Below are positions 1-8,936 of a stretch of DNA of 64,000 bases, piece after piece (the first letter of the stretch is position 1; every line of letters starts with the position of its first letter). The notes under the pieces are model-generated. The model did no database searches. It was given only the letters and a program-made list of their open reading frames with translations, and was not told where the DNA came from. The DNA comes from an uncultured Planctomycetota bacterium (GTDB lineage: Bacteria; Planctomycetota; Planctomycetia; Gemmatales; Gemmataceae), in assembly GCA_963718635.1 (NCBI GenBank), contig OY970367.1, forward strand, positions 4,499,922-4,563,921, read 5' to 3'. A program made the position numbers and the translations under genes.

Positions 1-9
1 AAGGAAGCG

Positions 10-1041
10 TTGCAGAACGCCAAGTCGGGCCAGCACATCGTGATCCTGGATAGCCGTTGGGATGAAGTGTTGAACGTTTCCCGCGATGAAGGCAAAGGCG
101 TAGTCATCGAAGCCGACCCTAAGAAAGAAGTGATTTGGCAAATGCCCAGTGGTTTCGAGGCCACCCAAATCATAAGAATCGACGGCGCCGAAGGCTTGAC
201 CATTCGCAATCTTTCGCTCTTGGGAAACAACGGCAAAACCAGGTCCGGGATCGCGATCAACGGCAGCTCGTCCGGGATAGTACTCGAAGATCTCTTGATT
301 CGGGACATGGTTGAAGCGGGGGTGTCGTTTCGCGATACGATGGCCAATGAGAACAACCCGGCGACAATCCAGCGCGTCCGGGTCGTTGGCAATGGTGATC
401 CGACAGTTAATTCGAACGAGGGATTCTTGTTCTCGGCCTTGGCCGACACCAAAGGACCTAAGCCGATATTCGGCCGTAATGATTGGATTACGATCAGCGA
501 TTGTCGCCTGGAGGGTCCATTCCGCAGCGGCGGCGTTGTGTTTGAGGGAAACAACACAAACATCAAGATCGAAAAGAACCGGTTCTGGAAAATGGCCGAC
601 GCGATTTCATTCCGCGACGCAAAAATTGAACCGAAAGCAAATCCCACTTACTCGTACCAAGTGAAAATTGAGAATAACACATTGCAAACGATTACGGGTT
701 TCGCGATCCATTTTAAAAATGCCGGCCAAATGGCTCAAAAACAGAATTTCCCAAACTTTAAAATCGAACTTGAGCGGAACTATTTTTGTAAGACAAATGT
801 GATCTTGAAAACGGATGATAACCCGCCTCAACCCAATCTGTTTCCAATGACTTGGGCCGACAACGCCCGCGACCGCACCACGAAGGAAGGAACTGTTTCG
901 ATCAATTCCCAGATCGTGGATTGGAATTTCTCGACCGATCCCGACGACGACAAAACATTCCTTCGCTACGGTAAAAAGACCGTACTCAATAGCTTACCGC
1001 CGAGCAATAAATCCATCGGCGCTTTGCCGATCGCCGAATAA
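10..1041 (+). CDS. Right-handed parallel beta-helix repeat protein (pectate-lyase-like fold); N-terminus possibly upstream of window
   Basis: 343-aa ORF with repeated G-x-x-I/V-x-N beta-helix rungs (NGSSSGIVLEDLLIRD, VVGNGDP, VVFEGNNTNIKIEKNRF). The ORF begins 9 nt into the window, so it may be truncated at the 5' end. Confidence 0.55.
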   Translation: MQNAKSGQHIVILDSRWDEVLNVSRDEGKGVVIEADPKKEVIWQMPSGFEATQIIRIDGAEGLTIRNLSLLGNNGKTRSGIAINGSSSGIVLEDLLIRDMVEAGVSFRDTMANENNPATIQRVRVVGNGDPTVNSNEGFLFSALADTKGPKPIFGRNDWITISDCRLEGPFRSGGVVFEGNNTNIKIEKNRFWKMADAISFRDAKIEPKANPTYSYQVKIENNTLQTITGFAIHFKNAGQMAQKQNFPNFKIELERNYFCKTNVILKTDDNPPQPNLFPMTWADNARDRTTKEGTVSINSQIVDWNFSTDPDDDKTFLRYGKKTVLNSLPPSNKSIGALPIAE

Positions 1042-1071
1042 AAGACAATAAACGCTTGGCCTTCGCCTGAA

Positions 1072-1170
1072 TAGTTAGCCCCTCGTGAATACACGGGGGG
1101 CCAGCGAATGCCCCCGGCGTATTCACCGCGACTAACGCTTGCCCCCGGTGTAATCACTGGGGGCTAAGTG
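1072..1170. terminator. Nested hairpin structure between convergent genes (putative bidirectional terminator or small structured RNA)
   Basis: An outer pairing gttagcccc...ggggctaag encloses two inner hairpins: gtgaatacacgggggg/cccccggcgtattcac and gcccccggtg/cactgggggc. It lies between the stops of the 10..1041(+) and 1173..1856(-) ORFs. Confidence 0.35.
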
Positions 1171-1172
1171 GT

Positions 1173-1856
1173 TCATTCCGAAGTGTGACCGGCAACCGTT
1201 AAGCCGAAGCCGAGGAACGCTTTCTGGTTTTCCGCAACGATCAGTCGCCTCACATTCAACACCCAAATTTTCTTTTCTTTCGCAACGACTTCCGGTTGTT
1301 CGGGCGCTTTCGAATTGGGAAAAAGCAGCAGAACTGCGGGATGAGTCGAACCATGAGATGAGGCGCTCAGTTCAATGGCGGCCTTCATTTCCATCGTATC
1401 CGCGGTCAAATCTTTATCGGCGGGGCAGAGCAGGCAGAACTCGGTATGGGGCGCCGTGCCCATATGATCTCCGTCCACTGGCTGGAAGCCAAGCCGAAGC
1501 GTATAGACGCCTGCCGGGATCTGCTGCTTACGAAAATCGATCCAAGGTTGGGGCAGATGAATAACACCTATAAGCGTCGTCGGCGCGATTTCTCGATAGG
1601 TCAGACCGTTTTTGATTTGCTCGACAGTTGCTTTAGCGGGGATTTCTTTTCGAAACCAGAAGGAGCAGACAGTCGCTTGGTTGCCGTCTTCGACTTTCAA
1701 GCATTCTTCGGTGAGCAGAGCGGCGACGGCAGGGCTCGCTTTCGCGGGCAAAGGCGACTTGATGGCTTTTACGCTGTATTTTGTGTCAGCCGCGTTCGCT
1801 TCAAACGCAACGAGGTATATAGCGGCGATCAGAAAAAGGCAATGCGGCATCGGCAA
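1173..1856 (-). CDS. Secreted hypothetical protein (N-terminal signal peptide)
   Basis: 227-aa ORF whose N-terminus MPMPHCLFLIAAIYLVAFEANA looks like a signal peptide; I recognise no domain. Confidence 0.5.
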   Translation of the reverse strand: MPMPHCLFLIAAIYLVAFEANAADTKYSVKAIKSPLPAKASPAVAALLTEECLKVEDGNQATVCSFWFRKEIPAKATVEQIKNGLTYREIAPTTLIGVIHLPQPWIDFRKQQIPAGVYTLRLGFQPVDGDHMGTAPHTEFCLLCPADKDLTADTMEMKAAIELSASSHGSTHPAVLLLFPNSKAPEQPEVVAKEKKIWVLNVRRLIVAENQKAFLGFGLTVAGHTSE

Positions 1857-1925
1857 TTGGACCCCATCGCTTTCGCGCTTTCTGCCACGTAAGAACCATC
1901 ACAGGCCGACCCAAGCCTGAAGCGC

Positions 1926-2085
1926 CAACGAAGAACGCATCGACTCTTCGCTGGCGCTTCCGGCTTGTCGAGACCTTAGCGAAGAACGCATCGACTCTTC
2001 GCTCGCACTTCAGGCTTGTCGAGACCTTAGCGAAGAACGCGTCGACTCTTCGCTCGCGCTTCAGGCCTCTCGGGACTATCAAAGC
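1926..2085. repeat. Tandem direct repeat, 3 x ~51 bp, each unit carrying an 8-bp-stem hairpin (AGCGAAGA-acgcatcgac-TCTTCGCT)
   Basis: Read directly: gaagaacgcatcgactcttcgctcgcacttcaggcttgtcgagaccttagc repeated three times with a few substitutions. It is intergenic, between two minus-strand genes. Confidence 0.85.
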
Positions 2086-2099
2086 CGGCAAAGCGACCA

Positions 2100-4430
2100 T
2101 CACTTCGAATCGGCTTCGCCGCCGGCGGCTTCCCATTTCAAGCCGAAGGACATGTTTTTCTGTGCCTTCGACATCACCGCCCACGGAGTATTGGGACAGG
2201 TTTTGGCAATTTCGGCGAACATTTCTTTCGCCCCCTCAGCCTCATCGCGCACGTCGCTTCCCGACGTCATTTTCTTGATTGATGCGAGCTTCCAGCGATC
2301 CTGCTTTTTGGTCATGTCGAGTTCGGGCAATTTATCGGTTTTGACATTGCCCAGTGCAAGGTTGTATTCCGCAATGTAAGCAAAGTGCGCCCGCACTTGC
2401 GCATAAGCATAATCGAACGTGGCCAACCAGCGCTTCGATTTTTCCATCTCTCTCTTTTTGGCCGCCGAGGCAAATTTATCCTTCAGCGATTCCAAGGTGC
2501 CTTGTCGTTCGGCCACTGTTCGCTGGAAAACATTTGTAATTCGCGCTTTTAGCGCGTCATTGATTGGGGAAGTAAAATTTTCGGGCAAAGTAGCGTTTGG
2601 GTCGTCCTGCTTCAATTTCCGCATCTCTTCCAGAGCCTCAACGGCAGTTGCCCGCAGTGGATATTCCTTAGCGAATTTTTCCGGTGCTTTCGCGATCTCG
2701 TCATAGCCGGGACCGGTGTCGTTGAAGAAGTCTTTCAACTGAGTTTCGGTAAACGGAAAATTGTCCGCAAGACGCACATTGTCCGTTGCCTTGCGAATGG
2801 CCCGAATATCGGGAAGGGACAGTTCGCGGAACATGGCCGCCACTTCTTCGCGCTTGACGGTGGCTGGCGGCTTGGCCAGTTCAAATGGACTTGGGAGAGG
2901 TTCTTTCGGATCGTAGGCCAGCCACTCTTTACGCGACTTCGAAGTCACTTTTGGCGTCTGCGGTTCACCATAAACATCCTTCGAAACGGCCTCGGTTTTT
3001 TCGCTGATCCATTTCGTCACGGGTGCAATCGGCAATGGGTCGGAGGGATGATGGATGCCGCCGCCGTTCTGCCGTTTGCTAAATAGATTTTCGCGCGAGT
3101 CGGCATGAAAGAAGAGCCCGAGGAATACGCTGCCGTAGCCTTGGTTCTTTACTCCTGGCACAGCCCCCGTCTCCCATTTGTCTTCTTCGTAGGAATACTG
3201 ACCTGCCGAGCAGGCCGTCCAAACGGTTACGCCGTCCGGACAATTGTGGAAGGCCTTATCCATAGCTTCGGTCATCACTCCGAACGCGGGCCGCTCGACG
3301 CCACGCGATCGATCGAAGCGACACACATCGAAAACGACTAATTTTTCTTGAGCGACGCATTTGCTCAGTTTGTCATAGAAGTCTTTTAGAGGCATCAGCG
3401 TCTTGAGATCTTCAAACTCTCCTTCGAGAGGCGTCAGATACACCTGCCCTTCTTCTTCGAATGCATGCCCTGCGAAAACGATAACGATACGATCTTGCGG
3501 CCGGCAACTCTTGAGAAAACGATCGATAGTGCCATCGATAACCATTTTCAAAGGCGGATGCGCTTGATCGACGCGACCCTGGTCACCGGGCGTGTCGGAG
3601 ACGAAGTAACGTTGGGGCTTCGGGATGCGCCAGCCATCGGCCAGCTTGTCGACCGCCTTGAAAAAGTCGTGGCGATCACTTTGTTTGGATGAAGAGTTTT
3701 GACCCCACATGAGCTGGTTGGCATAGAGGTAATCAAAAATGCCGATTGCCAACATCCGCCTCGGCATCGGCGCGGTCTGGTTATCCGGCATCGGCCGTAA
3801 ACCTTTGGGCTCGCCCCCGCTGGGCACGGTGGTCGGCGTGGTATTGGGAAGATACGCGTTCGGTCTCTCGATCTTCTTATCTTCCGCGACGGTGGGCTCC
3901 GGCTTGCCCCGGAACCATTCGGGCTTAACCACCACGGCGCCCAAAACACCAAGGCCAAGGACTACGACCGCGCTGACGACGATCCATTTAACTTTACTGC
4001 TGTCTCCGCGAGGGCCCTTGTAGTTGCCGCGCCCCACGTGGCGTTGGCCAGCGCCTTCAAATGCCGGGGTATAATCCGAAGCGTCCGCGTCCGGCAGCGA
4101 TTCGACAATCGGCGCGGGCATCACAGTCGGCGCTGAAGCCGTGGAGCGAGTATTGTTAGCCATCGGCGGAGTGTATTCGGGCAACGGCTCGACGCCGCCC
4201 TTTTGCTGCCAGCGCTCGTTGCCGCTCGAAGAAACGGGGACCGGGGCCACCCCTTTGCCGGCCTTTTTCTTGATCTGCAAGATATAACCGCAATGCTTGC
4301 ACTTCACTGAGATATCGACCATATCCGGAGGAACGCGAAGCAGATTCCGGCAATTGGGACAATTGATTTGGACTGCTGGCTTCATCGCGTAGATCCTCGA
4401 AAGCTGCCAAAGCCGAAGAGCGTGCTGCAT
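2100..4430 (-). CDS. Membrane-anchored protein: N-terminal MJ0042-type zinc ribbon, one TM helix, caspase-like (peptidase C14/CHAT-fold-like) domain, long alpha-helical C-terminus
   Basis: Two CxxC pairs at the N-terminus (CPNCRN...CKHCGY). A TM segment WIVVSAVVVLGLGVLGAVVV. Caspase-like motif order: RMLAIGIFDY (cf. ALLIGINxY), IVIVFAGHAFEEEGQVYLTPLEG (His block) and KLVVFDVCRFD (Cys block). Confidence 0.7.
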   Translation of the reverse strand: MQHALRLWQLSRIYAMKPAVQINCPNCRNLLRVPPDMVDISVKCKHCGYILQIKKKAGKGVAPVPVSSSGNERWQQKGGVEPLPEYTPPMANNTRSTASAPTVMPAPIVESLPDADASDYTPAFEGAGQRHVGRGNYKGPRGDSSKVKWIVVSAVVVLGLGVLGAVVVKPEWFRGKPEPTVAEDKKIERPNAYLPNTTPTTVPSGGEPKGLRPMPDNQTAPMPRRMLAIGIFDYLYANQLMWGQNSSSKQSDRHDFFKAVDKLADGWRIPKPQRYFVSDTPGDQGRVDQAHPPLKMVIDGTIDRFLKSCRPQDRIVIVFAGHAFEEEGQVYLTPLEGEFEDLKTLMPLKDFYDKLSKCVAQEKLVVFDVCRFDRSRGVERPAFGVMTEAMDKAFHNCPDGVTVWTACSAGQYSYEEDKWETGAVPGVKNQGYGSVFLGLFFHADSRENLFSKRQNGGGIHHPSDPLPIAPVTKWISEKTEAVSKDVYGEPQTPKVTSKSRKEWLAYDPKEPLPSPFELAKPPATVKREEVAAMFRELSLPDIRAIRKATDNVRLADNFPFTETQLKDFFNDTGPGYDEIAKAPEKFAKEYPLRATAVEALEEMRKLKQDDPNATLPENFTSPINDALKARITNVFQRTVAERQGTLESLKDKFASAAKKREMEKSKRWLATFDYAYAQVRAHFAYIAEYNLALGNVKTDKLPELDMTKKQDRWKLASIKKMTSGSDVRDEAEGAKEMFAEIAKTCPNTPWAVMSKAQKNMSFGLKWEAAGGEADSK

Positions 4431-4834
4431 CGCAAGAGGCTGATTCCATCTTATGCGGTTGTATTCTAGTTTGCAAAGGTTGAACGCGCGGCGAATTTGC
4501 GATGCGCGAACGGATTCCGGCGAAGTTGGGAAACCACGCTTGAGTCAACCGACGGGCGAATGACAACATGTGCTAAGCGAATGCGACCACGGAATTGTGC
4601 CATAACATATAGGCTGGCAAGCTTGACGTTGTAAAAAAAGATTTCTTTGAAACGGTGCGCCTAAGCTAGTACATGGGATTTCGCGCGAGCGCGTTCGACG
4701 AGACCTGGTTGGCTGGGATGCGAAGGCTTTGTGCAACGGCGCCTTTTCTACCGGCAAGCGGCCCTGCTGCTCAAAGTCTCCGCATCGCGGCTGACCCTGC
4801 TTTCTTCAAATCAGCGTCGTCATGGTTTTCACTG

Positions 4835-4888
4835 GCCCTTCAGGAAATATTTCCTGAAGGGCTTTTCCGAGAAATTCGTGGAGAAACA
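4835..4888. repeat. Family-A palindromic element (reverse orientation): 28-bp perfect palindrome around GGAAATATTTCC plus conserved box (reverse complement)
   Basis: gcccttcaggaaatatttcctgaagggc followed by ttttccgagaaattcgtggagaaa, which is the reverse complement of the TTTCCCACGATTTTCTCGCAAA box seen at 58 kb. Confidence 0.8.
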
Positions 4889-4952
4889 GATGGCGCGTGG
4901 CCAGCCGGAAGCTTCAGCGACGGAGGAAAGAGTAAAAACGAACACGACCGAT

Positions 4953-5066
4953 AGTCGCTTTTTGCGGAGCGAAAAGCGACACTTGTTCCCACGAGGGAAA
5001 AAGCTATCGGTTAATATTCCGGAAATATTTCCAGAAGCTGAAACCTGAGAAAATCGTGGGAAAACG
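4953..5066. repeat. Hairpin (agtcgcttt..aaagcgact around GCGGAGCG) plus a family-A element copy (ttccggaaatatttccagaa + reverse-complement box ctgagaaaatcgtgggaaaac)
   Basis: Read directly. It shares the GCGGAGCGAAA(A)G motif with the long hairpin at 58005-58066 and the box/palindrome with the 58 kb array. Confidence 0.75.
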
Positions 5067-5344
5067 GAAGCAAGAATGAAAATTGATTCTTATTTTTCCG
5101 TCCAATATTTTTTTGTCGGGTTCTTCTCTCGTTAGTGCAGTTTGGCCGCGGCAAGACTCTAAGTTGCACACATGAGTCGAATGCCTTCCTGCTGCTACTC
5201 GCCAGTGCGCAAGCGGGTAGAAATCCTTATTCAGCGCAAAGCCTTTGCCCGCAACGACTTTAACGATTTTCCTTGACTTCGCGCGGAGATTTTGTCATCT
5301 TAACCTTCCTAACTTATCCCCGCAGCGACCAAGGAGGGTCCAAC

Positions 5345-5620
5345 ATGTTTTACCAGACAGAAGCAAAAGCCCAGGGCTGGCGAGCGGTTGCCATTTTTGA
5401 TGATGAACGCGGCGAAGCCTTGATCCTTCTCGGCCGTTCATCGACGCAGGTTCGGACCGGCTATATCGAGTCGTATACGGATCTGCTCGACGAAGAAGAA
5501 CGCGAGCACGTTCAAACGATTGCTTTGCAACGTTGGCAGGGCGCGCCGGATGCCGGTCGTTGGATGCACCAGACCAATCTCAAAGTTCCGAGCTCGGCTA
5601 AGCTCCTGCGCGTTGCCTAA
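5345..5620 (+). CDS. Hypothetical small protein (91 aa)
   Basis: An AGGAGG RBS sits 6 nt upstream of the ATG at 5345 (caaggagggtccaacATG). No recognisable domain. Confidence 0.45.
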   Translation: MFYQTEAKAQGWRAVAIFDDERGEALILLGRSSTQVRTGYIESYTDLLDEEEREHVQTIALQRWQGAPDAGRWMHQTNLKVPSSAKLLRVA

Positions 5621-5667
5621 CGCCTAGTGCTTGTCGCCAACCAAGGTCTGCGCAAGCGTTCGAACTT

Positions 5668-6165
5668 ATGGCCGAAGACCTGCCGCCTCCTCTCCCGACT
5701 CCTGTTCCTCCGGCGGCAGTGCCTAATCCTCCGCCCGTTGACCCCTGGCCGAGAAACGGGCCGCTCATCGGTACGGTATTCGTCGCATCGGCGTTCGCAC
5801 TTGTTGGCGGCGGACTCATTGCTGTTGGATCCCAAAGTGCCGGTTATGGCGCGACCATGTTCGTGGCGCTGCCAATCGCTACAGGCTTCACGGCCGCGTT
5901 ACTGATGAATGCCGGTCGGGCCGTCCTTTGGGCGAACATCATTACGATCGTGCTCTGCTCGGCGGCGTTGCTTGTCACCGGGCTCGAAGGCATCGTCTGC
6001 GTCTGCATGGCAGCGCCTCTCTTTTTCGTCGGCACGGCGATCGGCGCCGGGTTGGCTGCAATGCTGAAATTGTGGGTTAAGGAACTGCGCCAAGTTGGCG
6101 ATCTTTCCTTTCATCAGCGCTCTGCTCGTCTTTGGGGTCGGCGCGGCCGAGGATCGATTGGTTGA
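5668..6165 (+). CDS. Proline-rich N-terminus + polytopic membrane segment; likely the N-terminal part of one gene that continues in the next ORF after a frameshift
   Basis: PPPLPTPVPPAAVPNPPPVDP followed by 3-4 hydrophobic helices. The C-terminal ~25 aa look like out-of-frame junk (HQRSARLWGRRGRGSIG). It overlaps the next ORF in the +1 frame. Confidence 0.4.
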   Translation: MAEDLPPPLPTPVPPAAVPNPPPVDPWPRNGPLIGTVFVASAFALVGGGLIAVGSQSAGYGATMFVALPIATGFTAALLMNAGRAVLWANIITIVLCSAALLVTGLEGIVCVCMAAPLFFVGTAIGAGLAAMLKLWVKELRQVGDLSFHQRSARLWGRRGRGSIG

Positions 6166-6637
6166 TCCGAAGCGCACGGAGAGCATCACTTCGGCCGTCA
6201 CGTTCCGCGCAACGCCGGAGCAGATGTGGAACATGATCGTGGCCTTGGACGAGGTTTCGAGCAAGAAGCCTTTGCTGCTGAGAATCGGGCTGCCGATTCC
6301 CAAAAGCTGTACGCTCGAAGGAAGCGGCGTGGGCGCCAAGCGCATTTGTCATTTTGATTCGGGAGTGCTCGAAGAGCGCATCACCGCTTGGGATCCGCCC
6401 CGCTATCTCGAGATGAAAATCGTCATGTCAACGCTTCCCGGACGCCATTGGCTAGGCTTTGAAAGCGCATCCTATCGAATCGAAGATGCGGGACACGGCG
6501 AAGTTCGTTTGACCCGGACAACCACGATCAGTTCTCAACTTCGACCTGCGGACTATTGGCGTCCTCTCGAAACCTGGGGAGTCGAATCGGAGCATCGGTA
6601 TTTGTTTGAAAGCTTAAGAACAAAAGTATACCCCTGA
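6095..6637 (+). CDS. SRPBCC-superfamily (polyketide cyclase/AHSA1-like) domain protein; probably fused to the upstream membrane ORF via a frameshift near 6090
   Basis: Beta-grip fold pattern (ATPEQMWNMIVALDEVS..., HFDSGVLEERITAWDPPRYLEMKIV...). The N-terminal hydrophobic segment MAIFPFISALLVFGVGAA continues the TM region of the preceding ORF. Confidence 0.55.
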   Translation: MAIFPFISALLVFGVGAAEDRLVDPKRTESITSAVTFRATPEQMWNMIVALDEVSSKKPLLLRIGLPIPKSCTLEGSGVGAKRICHFDSGVLEERITAWDPPRYLEMKIVMSTLPGRHWLGFESASYRIEDAGHGEVRLTRTTTISSQLRPADYWRPLETWGVESEHRYLFESLRTKVYP

Positions 6638-6861
6638 GGCCCACCGATACTTCTGTTTATGAAGACCCCGACAAAAAGATTTGGGACAAAAAAAAAGAAC
6701 ATTTGAAGTGGGCCGGAGTGCTCCAGAAATCCAATTTTATCCGTTTGAACTCTCGGCCAATAAGAGGTTGCCCAAAGAACTTCGCGGATTGACGACAGCT
6801 TGCTCGACCACGATCCGCTATGGCGGGATGTTTCGAAAATCGCGGGGATTTGTGCGTCTGC

Positions 6862-7962
6862 TTAAATCCACTCAATCCCGGGCTCTCCCTCGCGAATATC
6901 GCCGATCGCATAGGTCGGAAAGCCATCGCGCGTCAAACGCTCGCGAATGCTGTCGGCAAAGAACGGCGAGCAGATGACGGCGAAGCCGATGCCGCCGTTG
7001 AACACCCGATCCATTTCTCCTTGCTCGATGCTGCCAAGTTTCTGCAACCAGGGAAAAACAGGCGGCAGTGGCCAGCTCCCTCGCTTGAGGAAGGCACGCC
7101 GCCCGGGCGGCAAAATCCTCGGCACGTTGTCGACCAAACCGCCGCCGGTAATATGTGCTAAACCCCGGACCACGCGCTTTTTTACCGGGTAATGCTGCAA
7201 CAGCCGTTTGATCGGTTTGACGTATATGCGCGTCGGGGTCAGCAGTTCTTCGCCGACGGTTTTGCCTAATTCGGCTACATGATCTGCAACGGTCAGACCG
7301 GCGTGTTCGAAGACCAGCTTGCGGACGAGGCTATAGCCATTCGAATGAATGCCGCTGGACGACATGCCGAGAACAACGTCTCCTGGCTTGATCTCCTTGC
7401 CTTCAATGACGCGATCGCGCTCGACGACGCCCACGCAAAAGCCGGCCACATCGAAATCGCCGGGCTGATAGAAGTCAGGCAAGATCGCGGTTTCGCCGCC
7501 GGTCAGCGAACACTCCGCTTGCAGGCAGCCTTCGACCATCCCTTTCATTAGCTCATGGGAGAGAGCAGGGTCGTCTGCGTGCATGGCCAGGTAGTCGAGA
7601 AAGACGAGCGGTTCGCCGCCGGTGCATAGGCAATCGTTAACCGACATGGCCACGAGGTCGATGCCGACCGTGTCGTACTTCTTCATCAGCGCGGCGACTT
7701 TCAATTTCGAGCCGACTCCATCGGTGCATGTGACTAAGACCGGCTTGCGATATTTTTTGGCGAACAGCCAACGGTCGTAATCGAGTGCGAAAAGGCTCGC
7801 AAAGCCAGTGCTTCCTTTGCCGCCTACGCGCGGTGGAAAAGGCGGCGGCAGGACGTGCATCGGGTCGTGCGTCTTGCGAATGAGCGAGCCGATGCCCGCA
7901 ATCGTTTCCTCATAGGTGTCGAGATTGAGGCCTGCTTTTTTGTACGTCCACGGTTCGGACAT
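6862..7962 (-). CDS. purM: Phosphoribosylformylglycinamidine cyclo-ligase (AIR synthetase)
   Basis: 366 aa with the PurM/AIRS N- and C-domains: CTDGVGSKLKVA, DLVAMSVNDCLCTGGEPLVFLDYLA. Confidence 0.9.
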   Translation of the reverse strand: MSEPWTYKKAGLNLDTYEETIAGIGSLIRKTHDPMHVLPPPFPPRVGGKGSTGFASLFALDYDRWLFAKKYRKPVLVTCTDGVGSKLKVAALMKKYDTVGIDLVAMSVNDCLCTGGEPLVFLDYLAMHADDPALSHELMKGMVEGCLQAECSLTGGETAILPDFYQPGDFDVAGFCVGVVERDRVIEGKEIKPGDVVLGMSSSGIHSNGYSLVRKLVFEHAGLTVADHVAELGKTVGEELLTPTRIYVKPIKRLLQHYPVKKRVVRGLAHITGGGLVDNVPRILPPGRRAFLKRGSWPLPPVFPWLQKLGSIEQGEMDRVFNGGIGFAVICSPFFADSIRERLTRDGFPTYAIGDIREGEPGIEWI

Positions 7963-8059
7963 CGGTATCGACTCACGGGTGAAGAAACTTCAAGATGGGA
8001 TTACGATACGAAGGATGGGCCGCTTGCGGCTTGGCGCTTTCCATCTGATTCCAAACGAT

Positions 8060-8770
8060 TTATTTTTTGTCGGCCAGCAGCATCTTTGCTTTTGAGGGAT
8101 GCCGATCGACGTAGCGAGCGATGCCGGAGAAGAATAGCAGCATCTGCTCTGCGCCCTCCTGGGCGAGGCGCGGGGCCGCCGGGCCAATCAGACGCATTAC
8201 CAGTGCAGCCGTGCGGCTGTCCGTTTGCAGAAAGACTTCAACCTGATGGCGGATCAAAGGCTCGCCGTCTTCGTCCTTGACCACTCCGTGACGCAAAATT
8301 GCTACGGCTTTCACGGGAACGAGCGGCAGCAGTCGGCCAGGGCGGACCTTTCCCTCGGCATACCAGATTCGGCCTTCGCCATTCTGTGCGACGGCACTCC
8401 AGGTAAGTTCGCTGCCTTGCTCATCTTTCCAGGTGAACTTGCCGTCTTTCGATGCCGTGATGTCAATCGCGGCAACTTTAAGACGTTGCCAGGCCAGGCA
8501 AACCCGTTCGGGATGATCGAGCAGCCAAAGATAGCTTTCGGCGGTTGAAGCGAATTCTTCAGGAGGCGCCATGGCCGTTAACGTTGGCGCCTGCATAACT
8601 TTCGTGAGATTATCGCGGACGGTCGCGGGAACATTGGCAAGCGCAATCGGCAACTTATCAGAAGCTGAAGCGTACGAGCGTACCGGAAGAGCTAACTCCT
8701 GAGCCGAGGCCGCCTTGAGACAACCAGCGACAACTGTCAAAGCCAACAGCAGGGAACCGGTGCGATTCAT
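8060..8770 (-). CDS. Secreted hypothetical protein
   Basis: I place the start at the internal Met (MNRTGSLLLALTVVAGCLKAASA, a signal peptide). The longer upstream extension is rich in basic residues and looks like junk. Confidence 0.5.
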   Translation of the reverse strand: MNRTGSLLLALTVVAGCLKAASAQELALPVRSYASASDKLPIALANVPATVRDNLTKVMQAPTLTAMAPPEEFASTAESYLWLLDHPERVCLAWQRLKVAAIDITASKDGKFTWKDEQGSELTWSAVAQNGEGRIWYAEGKVRPGRLLPLVPVKAVAILRHGVVKDEDGEPLIRHQVEVFLQTDSRTAALVMRLIGPAAPRLAQEGAEQMLLFFSGIARYVDRHPSKAKMLLADKK

Positions 8771-8936
8771 GGAACCCTCGGCAAACGGTCGCGGATGTTT
8801 ATCCTCTCTTAGATCGAATGGGCAACCCCTGTAACGTGAATGATTCTGAGTCAACAACTTCGGACAACTTGGATTCCGTGTTAGCGCCTGCGGCCGTGTT
8901 CGATTGATTCGGCGACAGTTACGGTCAGCGGTTAAG

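Noticed and set aside
1801-2184. 127-aa minus-strand ORF with repeated RRVDAFFAKVSTS peptide
   Set aside because: This is simply the translation of the 3 x 51-bp tandem DNA repeat in an intergenic region. It has no start context and is not a real protein.
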